Source: Selenomonadaceae bacterium (lineage in GTDB: Bacteria > Bacillota > Negativicutes > Selenomonadales > Selenomonadaceae). Taken from it: DNA of 64,000 bases. The stretch is from assembly GCA_017518105.1 (NCBI GenBank), contig JAFWWC010000020.1, forward strand, positions 2,056 through 66,055. The letters are read 5' to 3'. Each line of letters starts with the position of its first letter. Position 1 is the first letter of the stretch. Positions 19,855 to 28,857 of this stretch are shown here, one piece after another. Position numbers and translations under genes: made by a program. Below the pieces are notes generated by a model. It did no database searches. It was not told where the DNA came from and saw nothing but the letters and a program-made list of their open reading frames with translations.

Positions 19855-21506
19855 GACTTGCCCTCCGAAGTTTTGCGCTCCCTACGTTCCTTGCGAGCCT
19901 CGGCACGACGCTTTATATCCGCTAAGATTTTATTCATCGGGTGATTTGCCCGCGTCGGACAGTTCTCGTTGCCGCAATAGAACATCGGCGCACGGTCTTT
20001 GAACCTGTGCACAAACATCGTTGACCCGCACTCCTTGCACGTCATCGCCTGCGGCTCGTCCCACGTCTTGAAGTCGCACGCCTCACAGCAATAGACAATC
20101 AAACCTCGTTGCAAGGAACGCTTAGCCAAACGCCCGCCGCACTTCGGGCACTTCTTATCGAGCGGCTCAAGCAAAGGTTTCGTGTTCTTGCACTCCGGAT
20201 AACCCGAACACGCAAGGAACACGCCGTAGCGACCGCGCTTGATTAACATCTTGCGTCCGCACTTATCGCAAACTTCATCGGACTCAACGACGGGTTCTTC
20301 ATTCGGCTTAGCGTCCTCGCCGAGCGTAGCCATTGCCTTATCAAAAGCAACATTAAACCTTGTGCAATAGTTTTCAATCACAGAGAGCTTTGGCGTCTTT
20401 CCGTCCGCGACCTTATGAACTTGAGCGGCGACCTCGTTATAAGCCTTAGCGTTGAACACGTCATCGAAGAATCCGTTAAGGGCGTCAAGGACACGTTGCC
20501 CCAGCGCGGTGATTTTGTAAGTCGAATCCTCCGCCGTAATGTACTTGCGTTTAATCAAGCTGGCAATGCCGCCCGCGTAATATTCCGCCCAATCCACGCC
20601 GACTTTATCGAACTCAGCTAGTAAAGTCGCGTCGTTCGTCGTGCCGTCAAGTTCAATCCGAGCAGATGACGCCTTCGCCGTGAGCCGAGAATAAATCAAA
20701 CTGTAAAGGCGGAACTGTTGCTCTGTCAAAAACTGCTTAACCGATTCGGGGTCGCGGCGTTCACTCGTCAAGGCAATCTCCTTTCCGTGCGGATAAGTTA
20801 TCAGCCCCGCGCAACCGTCCTTATCGAAGTTCATTCCCTCGTAAAGCTGGTCGGCTATAAACCGTGTTCGCCCCGCCGAGAAGTTCAGCTCTTTAACGGC
20901 CAGTTCCTGAAGCGTAGCTGACGTTAGGACTTTTTTTATCGTCAAGGACTTCGGCGCGAGCTTCTGTTCGGCAATTAGCCTTAACAGCATGGCACGGAAC
21001 CTGCCGACCTTCACGCCGCGCCAAATCACTCGCGAAAGATATTCCCCGACCTTGTGGCTGACGTACTTATCAATCAGCTGCTTAGCTTGGAAGGCGTCCG
21101 CTAACTTGTCGTCAATCGGTCGCGCCGCCTCGAACGCCGCCTTATAACTCTGCTTAGTCAGCTCGTCCAGCGTGATTCGGCAATGGCTCAGCGGATTGAT
21201 TCCAAAGACCTCGCAATACTGCCGCGCTAAGAACTCGCCCTGCCAATCGGGATTCGTCGCGATAAATATCTTGCGGGCGTTCAACGTCTCGCGCTTGAGC
21301 TCGGCTAGCAACTTTCCCTTGCCGCGCACCGTAATATAATCGGGCTGATAGCTCCCGTCCTCTACGCCAATCCGGCTCTTAGGCAAATCCTTTAGAAAAC
21401 CGTCCGTCGATAGCACCGAATAATTTCGCCCGACGAACTTGCGAAGCGTCTTTGCCTTCATCGCGCTCTCGACGAGCACCAAAGACTTTAAAACTTTTTC
21501 TGCCAC
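19851..21506 (-). CDS. topA: DNA topoisomerase I homolog, shortened (about 551 aa) with substituted catalytic motifs and three C-terminal zinc ribbons
   Basis: [13 protein letters not shown] (TOPRIM), ATNPDWQGE in place of [17 protein letters not shown] in place of GLITYMRTDS. Zn ribbons CDKCGRKM...CSGYPEC, CPKCGG...CEAC and CKECG...CGNENC. Sits in the conserved dprA-topA-trmFO position. GTG 21506 preferred over TTG 21521. Confidence 0.65.
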   Translation of the reverse strand: MAEKVLKSLVLVESAMKAKTLRKFVGRNYSVLSTDGFLKDLPKSRIGVEDGSYQPDYITVRGKGKLLAELKRETLNARKIFIATNPDWQGEFLARQYCEVFGINPLSHCRITLDELTKQSYKAAFEAARPIDDKLADAFQAKQLIDKYVSHKVGEYLSRVIWRGVKVGRFRAMLLRLIAEQKLAPKSLTIKKVLTSATLQELAVKELNFSAGRTRFIADQLYEGMNFDKDGCAGLITYPHGKEIALTSERRDPESVKQFLTEQQFRLYSLIYSRLTAKASSARIELDGTTNDATLLAEFDKVGVDWAEYYAGGIASLIKRKYITAEDSTYKITALGQRVLDALNGFFDDVFNAKAYNEVAAQVHKVADGKTPKLSVIENYCTRFNVAFDKAMATLGEDAKPNEEPVVESDEVCDKCGRKMLIKRGRYGVFLACSGYPECKNTKPLLEPLDKKCPKCGGRLAKRSLQRGLIVYCCEACDFKTWDEPQAMTCKECGSTMFVHRFKDRAPMFYCGNENCPTRANHPMNKILADIKRRAEARKERRERKTSEGKS

Positions 21507-21510
21507 CTGT

Positions 21511-22620
21511 TTAACCCCCAACCTTGCGTTTATATCGTCCAGCGTCCTCTTCGACGCAACCTTTCATATCAAGTTCAAGCATAATGCCCGGCAACTCGCT
21601 AGGGTTTATGTCGTCAAGCTTGTCAATAATCTCCTCGTCCGTGATGTATCTGTCAAACGGAATCATTTCCAACACCTTAGCCGCCGCGCCCGCCAAAGTA
21701 ATCTTCGGTTCAGTCGTAATCTTCGGCTCTAGCTTATCAATGGCTTTCTCCGTCGAGGCGAAGTTGTATTCGTTCAAAATGTCCTGCGCCCCCTTAATCA
21801 ACTTGGCACCGCCTCGAATCAGTTCATTGCAACCGCGGCTCATCTTTGCATAGACCTGACCAGGCACGGCAAACACATCCCGCCCGTATTCGCTGGCATA
21901 ATTGCTAGTGATGAGTGCGCCGCTTTTGAAATCCGCCTCTACGACGACAACGCCCTTGCTTAGTCCCGCGATGATTCTGTTGCGCGAAGGGAAGGTTCCA
22001 GGATTCGGCTTAAGATTCGGCGGGAATTCGCTGAGGACGACGCCGCGTTCAGCAATCTCCTCGAAAAGATTTTTGTTCTCGCGTGGGAAGATATAATTTA
22101 TCCCGCAACCCAAGACCGCAACCGTCCGCCCCGCCTTTAATGCCCCGCGATGTGCAAAGCTATCAATGCCACGAGCCGCGCCGCTTACGACCGTTAGACC
22201 TGCCGCCGCGAGCTGTTCGCCCAATTCTAAGGCGACGTTTTGTCCGTAGGCTGTGTTGTGCCGCGAGCCGACGATACCTATCCTGAACGCGTTGGGCTGA
22301 AGGGTTCCCCGATAATAAAAAAACATTGGCGGCGTATTTATCCCCTTGAGAATCGGCGGATAATCTTCGTCGTTGATACAGCACAGCTTTATTTTCTGCC
22401 GCTCGCAATAGCCAACCAGTTTTTCGGGTGCGTCGGGGTGTCCTTGGCGAAATGTGATAAAGGCTCCGATAGAATTCTTCCGAACGCCAGAGTTTATAAG
22501 CTCGTCAAGCGGAGCCGACCACGCCGCTTTTGCACTGCCGAAAACCTCCACCAAATGCGCGATGCTCTTGTTGCCGAAACCTTCCGCGCCACCCATCGCC
22601 GCCATATAATATTTTTCCAC
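21511..22620 (-). CDS. dprA: DNA processing protein DprA (Smf)
   Basis: IVGSRHNTAYG, VVSGAARGIDSFAHRGAL and FPSRNRIIAGL motifs. GTG 22620 preceded by GGGAGGG is preferred over the SD-less TTG 22707. Confidence 0.85.
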   Translation of the reverse strand: MEKYYMAAMGGAEGFGNKSIAHLVEVFGSAKAAWSAPLDELINSGVRKNSIGAFITFRQGHPDAPEKLVGYCERQKIKLCCINDEDYPPILKGINTPPMFFYYRGTLQPNAFRIGIVGSRHNTAYGQNVALELGEQLAAAGLTVVSGAARGIDSFAHRGALKAGRTVAVLGCGINYIFPRENKNLFEEIAERGVVLSEFPPNLKPNPGTFPSRNRIIAGLSKGVVVVEADFKSGALITSNYASEYGRDVFAVPGQVYAKMSRGCNELIRGGAKLIKGAQDILNEYNFASTEKAIDKLEPKITTEPKITLAGAAAKVLEMIPFDRYITDEEIIDKLDDINPSELPGIMLELDMKGCVEEDAGRYKRKVGG

Positions 22621-22725
22621 GACTGCCGCCCTCCCGCGCCGTATAATATCTTGCAACTTTTTTGCCGTCAAGTGACAAGGAAAATCCCGCGTGCTATACT
22701 TGCCCAAAAAAAGTCAGGTGAGCTC

Positions 22726-23880
22726 GTGAAGAAGAAATACTTTTACTTCCAACCGCAGTACGTTAAAAAGTTCAAGTGCGACGGCTCCAAATGTTCGGCT
22801 CATTGTTGCCGGGGCTGGAATGTTTTCATCGACAAGGGCACTTACAAGCAGTATTCAAGGCTCGGCTCGCAGGAAATCACTTCGCACTTGCAATTCAACG
22901 CCGACAGGGACGAATACTTAATCCGGCTCGGAGGCAAGGCTTGTCCCTTCCTCAACGAAAATCATTTGTGCCGCATTCAGCTGGAGCACGGTGAAAAATT
23001 TTTATCCCAAACGTGCGCGACTTATCCGCGGGTTACAAGTGCCTTCGGGAAATTCTTTGAGCGGTCATTGACGCTAAGTTGCCCCGTGGCGGCGGAGCTG
23101 ATTCTGTTCAATCCAAAGCCCATGCCTTTTGAATTCGTCGAGGTTCCAGAAAAGGTTCACTCGCCCGGCGGAAAAATCTTCTTGCAATCAATCCAAGCAA
23201 CCGACGAGCTAAAGGCGCACATAATCGAGATACAACTTGCGATGATTTCAATCTTGCAGGAGCGCACGCTTTCAATCGACCAACGGCTAATCGTCCTAGG
23301 CTTTTTCCTCGACAGGCTAGAAGAAATCTTCGCCGACTTCAACGAGGCGGCTCTGGCGAAATTAATCATGGCTTACGAGTCGAAAAAGTTTCTGGCGGAG
23401 CAAGTACCGCTTATGTTGCAAAGTATCTCCTTCGACGCAGATAAGTTCGTTCGGCTGATGTCGGAGCTACTAAAGAAGTTTTCTGACGAGGAGCCATTCC
23501 CTAAGGACAAAAAATTTATCCAGTCCCTCAATCAGACGCTTCAACCTTTCCCAGACAAAAAAAGCTTCCTCGTTGAGCATTCGACCTTCCTTGAAAATTA
23601 TCTCGTCAACGAGCTGATACTGAATATCTACCCGTGGCGGTTCGAGGGGCGGCTTATGCAGAACTTCGCCGCGTTCGTTGCCGAGTACAAACTCTTTGAG
23701 CTAATAACTTTCTCCGCGACGCTTAAGAGTTCGGATAAGCAAGCTTTGATTGAGTTGGTCGGCTGGTTCACGACGCGCTTTGACCATACGGGCGAATATA
23801 AGCAAATGCTCTTTGAACACTTCAACGACGTGGACGACCCCTTTGACCTAATGGAGAGTCTGCTGGAGGCTGGTGACTAA
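22726..23880 (+). CDS. fliB: FliB-like flagellin lysine-N-methylase
   Basis: FKCDGSKCSAHCCRGWNVFIDKGTYKQY...CPFLNENHLCRIQ...SQTCATYPR closely parallels the Salmonella FliB N-terminal Cys-rich region. GTG 22726 chosen. The track start 22240 runs antisense through dprA. Confidence 0.75.
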   Translation: MKKKYFYFQPQYVKKFKCDGSKCSAHCCRGWNVFIDKGTYKQYSRLGSQEITSHLQFNADRDEYLIRLGGKACPFLNENHLCRIQLEHGEKFLSQTCATYPRVTSAFGKFFERSLTLSCPVAAELILFNPKPMPFEFVEVPEKVHSPGGKIFLQSIQATDELKAHIIEIQLAMISILQERTLSIDQRLIVLGFFLDRLEEIFADFNEAALAKLIMAYESKKFLAEQVPLMLQSISFDADKFVRLMSELLKKFSDEEPFPKDKKFIQSLNQTLQPFPDKKSFLVEHSTFLENYLVNELILNIYPWRFEGRLMQNFAAFVAEYKLFELITFSATLKSSDKQALIELVGWFTTRFDHTGEYKQMLFEHFNDVDDPFDLMESLLEAGD

Positions 23881-23914
23881 AAAAATTATCCCGACGTCTG
23901 CCGGGATTTTTTTT
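23881..23914. terminator. Bidirectional rho-independent terminator between fliB-like and merR-like genes
   Basis: AAAAATT-ATCCCG-acgtctgc-CGGGAT-TTTTTTT. Confidence 0.7.
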
Positions 23915-23925
23915 GCGAGCAAGCT

Positions 23926-24285
23926 TTACTTCTGCTTTAGCATCAATTCTTCGTAATGTTCGATTTTGTAATCGAGCCGCTCAATCGTCGTGCGCAAGTG
24001 CTCCGCTTGCCTTTGGAGTCGTGCGCGTTGTTCGATTAAAATTTCTTTGCGCCGTTCAAGTCCGGTGTTCGCCTGCATGAGTGCGACGTACTCAATCAAC
24101 GCCTCGATTTGAACGCCGGCACTGCGCATACACTTAACGAACGACACCCAACCACACGCCTCCTCGTCGTAGTCGCGGATGCCATTTTGCTTGCGCGGCA
24201 CCGCTGGGATTAATCCTATGCGTTCATAATATCTGAGCGTGTCCGTCGTTATGTCGTACTTTTCACTGACTTCGCCAATCGTCAT
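23926..24285 (-). CDS. MerR-family transcriptional regulator
   Basis: MTIGEVSEKYDITTDTLRYYERIGLIP HTH plus a C-terminal coiled coil. ATG 24285 follows GGAGGAA. Confidence 0.85.
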   Translation of the reverse strand: MTIGEVSEKYDITTDTLRYYERIGLIPAVPRKQNGIRDYDEEACGWVSFVKCMRSAGVQIEALIEYVALMQANTGLERRKEILIEQRARLQRQAEHLRTTIERLDYKIEHYEELMLKQK

Positions 24286-24352
24286 CGAGCATTCCTCCGA
24301 CCAAAAATTTTTCTGTCGCAAGTCTATCAGCTTAAGTCGGCTTTAAGTCAAG

Positions 24353-25141
24353 TTAAATCGTCGAGAAAAAATCTTTAGCGGTCGTGTCCTCGATAATCTC
24401 CACGTCGAAAGACTTCAGCTCGGCTTTAAGATACTCGGCTAGCACATGAACGATTGGATATTCCGTGGCGAAGTGTCCCGCGTCCACGACGTGGATTTTG
24501 TTTTCGACGGCGGCTTGAGCCTCATGATACTTAACGTCGCCAGTTACGAAGGCTTGCGCCCCGAAGAACTTCGCTTTTTGGATAATGTCCGCGCCCGCTC
24601 CGCCGCATAAGCCGACTTTGCTTATCATGAAGTCTCCCGCGTCGACGAGCCGAACGTTATCAGCGTTTAGAACCTTTTTGACGTGGCGGGCGAAGTCAGG
24701 AGCCGTCATCGGCGTTTCAAGAGTACCGAGCCGCCCCAATGAAAATTCTTCGTCGCCGAACATCTTGACATCGACTAGACCAATCAGCTTAGCCAGCACA
24801 TCATTGACGCCGCCCGCCGCCGTGTCTAGGTTTGTGTGTGCCGCGAACACCGCCAGATTATTTTTTATCAGGCGGGCAAGCTTTCTTCCGTGCGGCAGGT
24901 CGAAGCGGACATTTTTTATCGCGTGAAAGATAAGCGGGTGGTGAGCTACGATTAACTGCGCGTCTAAGTCAATCGCCTGCGTGATAGTCTCGTCAGTCAC
25001 ATCTAAGCAAACGAAAACTTTCTGGACTTCAGCGGACGGTTCGCCGACCAAAAGTCCGGGGTTGTCCCACTCCTCAGCCAAGCGACGTGGTGCCAATCGA
25101 TTTACGGCGTCCGCGACAATCTGAACTGTGCATTTCTTCAT
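24353..25141 (-). CDS. Nif3-like dinuclear metal centre protein (GTP cyclohydrolase 1 type 2 homolog family)
   Basis: AEEWDNPGLLVG, LIVAHHPLIF, AHTNLD and HFATEYP motifs. Confidence 0.8.
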   Translation of the reverse strand: MKKCTVQIVADAVNRLAPRRLAEEWDNPGLLVGEPSAEVQKVFVCLDVTDETITQAIDLDAQLIVAHHPLIFHAIKNVRFDLPHGRKLARLIKNNLAVFAAHTNLDTAAGGVNDVLAKLIGLVDVKMFGDEEFSLGRLGTLETPMTAPDFARHVKKVLNADNVRLVDAGDFMISKVGLCGGAGADIIQKAKFFGAQAFVTGDVKYHEAQAAVENKIHVVDAGHFATEYPIVHVLAEYLKAELKSFDVEIIEDTTAKDFFSTI

Positions 25142-25902
25142 CTAATCCCCTCCAGTAATCTCAACACGTCGTTAAAGGTCTCGGCTTTGTTCGGATAGGA
25201 AATCTTCGGGCGGTCAATCATGACGACGGGCAAGCCTAAGAACTTCGCCGCCTCAAGTTTGGTGTCCGCGCCGCCGATTTGTCCGCTGTTCTTCGTGACG
25301 ATGACTTGTGCGCCCGCGTGCCTGAACAGTTCGACGTTAAGGGCGGTCGAGAAGGATCCTTGCATAGCGACGATTTGTTTGGGCGTCAAGCCGAGTTCCT
25401 CACATTGCGTCAAAACTTCGGCGGTCGGGAGAATCCTAACAGTCAAGTTGCAATCTTTGAGCCGGTCGACGAAGCTTTTTAAGCTTCGGCTACCCGTCGT
25501 CAGATAAATGTTTTTGCCGAGTTCGGAGGCTTTAACCGCCGCCGTCTCGTAGCTGTCGACGTGGAAAATCTTTTCGTAGTCAAAGGCGACCTCCGCCCGC
25601 TCGTATCGAACGTAGACAACTTGCGCGGACTGCGTAGCGGCGATTGCATTTGCGGAAATATTTTTGGCATAGGGATGGCTGGCATCGACGAGGCAAGAGA
25701 ATCCTTCCGCACGAAGAATCTTTTCCAACTCGTCACGGTCAAGCGGCTTGTCATTAATCGCAACGTTCGCGCAGGTCTCCAAAAGCTTGCGTCCATAATC
25801 ACTCACGACCGAGGCTGTCACGTCGAAATTTTTATCCGCCAAGTACTCTGCGAGCTTTCGACCGTCCGCCGTCCCCGCTATTAGAAAAATCTTTTTATTC
25901 AT
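25138..25902 (-). CDS. cobK: Precorrin-6A/cobalt-precorrin-6A reductase
   Basis: 254 aa. IFLIAGTADGRKLAEYL, LTTGSRSL and VTKNSGQIGGADTKLEAA are typical of CobK/CbiJ. Confidence 0.75.
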   Translation of the reverse strand: MNKKIFLIAGTADGRKLAEYLADKNFDVTASVVSDYGRKLLETCANVAINDKPLDRDELEKILRAEGFSCLVDASHPYAKNISANAIAATQSAQVVYVRYERAEVAFDYEKIFHVDSYETAAVKASELGKNIYLTTGSRSLKSFVDRLKDCNLTVRILPTAEVLTQCEELGLTPKQIVAMQGSFSTALNVELFRHAGAQVIVTKNSGQIGGADTKLEAAKFLGLPVVMIDRPKISYPNKAETFNDVLRLLEGIR

Positions 25903-25981
25903 GCCGACGATTGTAATTCTTTTTGCGCTACTTGTCGATACCTGCTATAATCGGCGCGAAAAAAATTTTATGGAGGACAAC

Positions 25982-26425
25982 ATGAAGATTCTAGCACGCC
26001 AACTGACTCTTGACCTATACAACTGCGATACGAGCCGGCTTAGCAATGTCGACGAGATAAAAGCCACGTTAGTGAACGTCATCGGAGAGGAGCCGCGCCT
26101 GACTTCCGACTTTATCGACGAGGAGCACTTTTCGATTATCGGAGCCTTCGACGGCGGTCATGTGGCTTTGCACGTCTACAAAGTCTTGCGATACGTCGCG
26201 GCGGATATTTTTACCTGCGACGACACAGACGACACCGAAGACCTTGCCAAAGTCATTCGCAACTTTTTCCGCCCAGATAAGATAAAGTCGACTTCCCTTA
26301 AGCGCGGCGATTTCGGACTTGAACGCGATATGAAACCCAAGATAAAAATCCGCGTCGCCCCTCTGCGCAAGGTAAAGAACGCCGGAGCCAAGGTCGTAAA
26401 AAAATTGGTGCGGAGGGGTAAGTAA
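25982..26425 (+). CDS. S-adenosylmethionine decarboxylase (SpeD/SpeH)-like family protein lacking the usual self-processing Ser
   Basis: LTLDLYNCD...HFSIIGAFDGGHVALHVYKVLRYVAADIFTCDD follows the AdoMetDC pattern (DLYGC...ESHisIHTWPE...D.FTCG), but the ES(H) cleavage site reads DGGH. Promoter TTGCGC-17-TATAAT lies upstream. Confidence 0.55.
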   Translation: MKILARQLTLDLYNCDTSRLSNVDEIKATLVNVIGEEPRLTSDFIDEEHFSIIGAFDGGHVALHVYKVLRYVAADIFTCDDTDDTEDLAKVIRNFFRPDKIKSTSLKRGDFGLERDMKPKIKIRVAPLRKVKNAGAKVVKKLVRRGK

Positions 26426-28461
26426 TGACATTCACTCACGTTGCCGAGCTTTATCGCTCCGTCGGCAAATCGAAGAAATGCACGTTCATCTTTTGCGCTG
26501 ACCACGGCGTAGCCAAGGAAAATGTCAGTGCCTACCCGCAAACCACGACCGCCGATATGGTTCGCAACTATCTGGTCGAGGACGGAGCCGCCGCTAATGC
26601 CTTCGCTAAGTTCGCTTACTCTGAACTTTACGTTGTGGACGTGGGCGTTGATGCAGACATTGCAAACTTGCCGGGGCTTGTCGATAGGAAAATTTCTCGC
26701 GGCACGAAAAACATTGCCCAAGAACCCGCGATGACTTTTGAACAGGCAATGCAATCCGTGCGAATTGGCAAGACGCTAGCGGAAGAAGCAATCGCGGCGG
26801 GCTGTAATTGTTTCCTTATCGGCGAAATGGGAATCGGCAACACGACCGCCGCCGCCGCTATGACTGCCGCTTATCTGCACCTGCCGCCCGAAAAGGTCAC
26901 GGGGCGCGGCTCGAACATTGACGACGATAAATTTGCTCACAAGGTCGAAATCGTCCGCCGAGCCTTAAAGGTCAACTTGCCCAGCCGCTATCGCTTGCTT
27001 GATGTTCTGGCGTCGGTTGGTGGCTACGAGTTCGGAGCTATGGCGGGCGTTATAATCGCGGCGTATCATCATCAATGCGTTGTCGTGCTTGACGGATTTA
27101 ATACAGCAGTTGCCGCGCTCGTCGCCGAAGAACTTTTGCCGCAGTCTACGGAATGCCTTATCGCCTCTCACGTCGGGCGCGAGGTCGGGCATAAAAAAAT
27201 TCTTGAGCACCTAAATCTTACTCCGATGTTCAATCTCGACTTGGCACTTGGCGAGGCAATCGGTTCGTCAATCGCTGCGAGGGTTCTCGACAACTTGGTT
27301 TATATCTTCGTGTGCGGTCCCGATGCTGACTTCGACGGCGAGCTTGTACAGGAGGACAGCGAGTTTGACCTTTTCAAGAAGCAACTGGGGCTTGACGGCG
27401 TAGAAGGTCTTGACTCAATCGAAGACGTGCAAGAACTCTTCGGCGATGAGATTCAGATTGAGGAGATACCGCTTGATTTCCACGTAAGCGAACACCGCAT
27501 GGAAAGTATCGAGTTGCCGTTCAGCACGCAGACGCTAAACATTCCCCGCGCCTATCCTATGGCAGTTCATGTTATGGGCGCGGAGGGCGATGAAGTTGTA
27601 GCCGCCACGGATAGGACGTTTAACTTTTATCTGCGGACGATGCCACGCCTCCACGATAGACCGATGAATAATTGCCGCGACATTCTCGACAGCCTGACTA
27701 AGCCCAAAGGCAGTCTCGGACATTTGGAAGAAATTGCCATTCAAGTTGCGGGCATTGCTAATGAAGACCGACCGACTAACAAGCTACGCCATGCCGCCCT
27801 TGCTTTTACCAACTTCGTGAACTGCCCGTCGATTATCGACCCCGATAACTACGACCCCAAGGCTAAAGGAGCACGCCGCGATATTTCTATGGACTTCAGC
27901 GCGACAACTCGTACGTTCGGTATGAAAATTTTCTTAGGCGTCGTCAATCCCGATGAAAATCTTAACGTCGCCTTCAACTTCGGACGCAACCTCGCCGAGG
28001 AAATTACATTCGACACGCCGATTATCGCCCTTACTGCCCTTAGCAATCTTTTGGAAGAGAAACTAGCGGATAACTTCGCCAACGCACTCCTGACTAAGAG
28101 AGGCAAGCTCCGCTTTAAACCCGAAAACTTTTTGCAACACGTCCCTAAAGATTATCAGTGCATGACGAGCGCGATTATCGGTTCACTCGTGGCGGCGGCG
28201 CACAACTCAACGCTAATCGTCGTCGATAGGGGCGCGGCGGATATTATCGCCCGCTACCTTGAAAAGATTTGCCCCGAAGTCCGACCGTTTATCCTGCACG
28301 CCGAACAGCTGATTACATACCGCAACGACGACGGAGCACCGACGGGCTTTGACGGCGAGGCGGCTTGTATTGGCGTCGAGATTGTCGAGGCGGCGTTGAC
28401 TGCCCTTAACGAGATGAAAACTTTCGAGGAGACCGGCGTTAAGAAGGCCATTAGGAATTAG
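26425..28461 (+). CDS. Tandem CobT-like (nicotinate-nucleotide--dimethylbenzimidazole phosphoribosyltransferase family) fusion protein
   Basis: Module 1 (about aa 1-290) has GEMGIGNTTAAAAMTAA, GGYEFGAMAG and LGEAIGSSIA. An acidic linker follows. Module 2 starts with LTKPKGSLGHLEEIAIQVAGI but is otherwise degenerate. Confidence 0.7.
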   Translation: MTFTHVAELYRSVGKSKKCTFIFCADHGVAKENVSAYPQTTTADMVRNYLVEDGAAANAFAKFAYSELYVVDVGVDADIANLPGLVDRKISRGTKNIAQEPAMTFEQAMQSVRIGKTLAEEAIAAGCNCFLIGEMGIGNTTAAAAMTAAYLHLPPEKVTGRGSNIDDDKFAHKVEIVRRALKVNLPSRYRLLDVLASVGGYEFGAMAGVIIAAYHHQCVVVLDGFNTAVAALVAEELLPQSTECLIASHVGREVGHKKILEHLNLTPMFNLDLALGEAIGSSIAARVLDNLVYIFVCGPDADFDGELVQEDSEFDLFKKQLGLDGVEGLDSIEDVQELFGDEIQIEEIPLDFHVSEHRMESIELPFSTQTLNIPRAYPMAVHVMGAEGDEVVAATDRTFNFYLRTMPRLHDRPMNNCRDILDSLTKPKGSLGHLEEIAIQVAGIANEDRPTNKLRHAALAFTNFVNCPSIIDPDNYDPKAKGARRDISMDFSATTRTFGMKIFLGVVNPDENLNVAFNFGRNLAEEITFDTPIIALTALSNLLEEKLADNFANALLTKRGKLRFKPENFLQHVPKDYQCMTSAIIGSLVAAAHNSTLIVVDRGAADIIARYLEKICPEVRPFILHAEQLITYRNDDGAPTGFDGEAACIGVEIVEAALTALNEMKTFEETGVKKAIRN

Positions 28462-28533
28462 GTTATCCTGAAGCTGATAACTTCAACAATGAATCATAAA
28501 GAAAGAACTTTTTAAAAGGTGGCTAGCTCTGAT

Positions 28534-28857
28534 ATGGGATATATCTATCTGGCACTGGCAATAATTTTGGAGATGTTAGGCACGACTTGCATGAAGTTAT
28601 CGTACGGCTTCGAGCATAAACCGTTCGCAATCGCAACGCTGACTTTCTACGGTGTCTGTTTTTACTTCTTCGCGCTGTCGTTAAAAAGTGTTCAACTCAA
28701 CATTGCTTACGCGACTTGGGGCGGCTTAGGTGTCGTGCTCGCGGCGGTCATCGCTAAAATATTTTTTCACGAAAGCATTTCGACGCCGGGACTGATTGGG
28801 ATAATTTTAATAGTCGTCGGCGTGGTGCTGTGTAATTTTTTTGGAGCAACTAAATGA
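28534..28857 (+). CDS. SMR-family small multidrug/guanidinium-type exporter
   Basis: 107 aa, four TM helices. YIYLALAIILEMLGTTCMKLS (the conserved membrane Glu) and AYATWGGLGVV. Confidence 0.85.
   Translation: MGYIYLALAIILEMLGTTCMKLSYGFEHKPFAIATLTFYGVCFYFFALSLKSVQLNIAYATWGGLGVVLAAVIAKIFFHESISTPGLIGIILIVVGVVLCNFFGATK

Noticed and set aside
22240-22725. Upstream 162 codons of the 546-aa track ORF.
   Set aside because: The stretch runs antisense through dprA. The FliB-like homology starts at GTG 22726, which has its own promoter-like sequence and SD.
25903-25981. Cobalamin riboswitch between cobK and the speD-like/cobT-like genes.
   Set aside because: The spacer is only about 80 nt and is occupied by a promoter and an SD. 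No B12-box-like sequence was seen.
28462-28533. Guanidine riboswitch (mini-ykkC / ykkC-III) upstream of the SMR exporter.
   Set aside because: The 72-nt leader has no paired ACGR-loop hairpins or CCGGACGAGG-type core.
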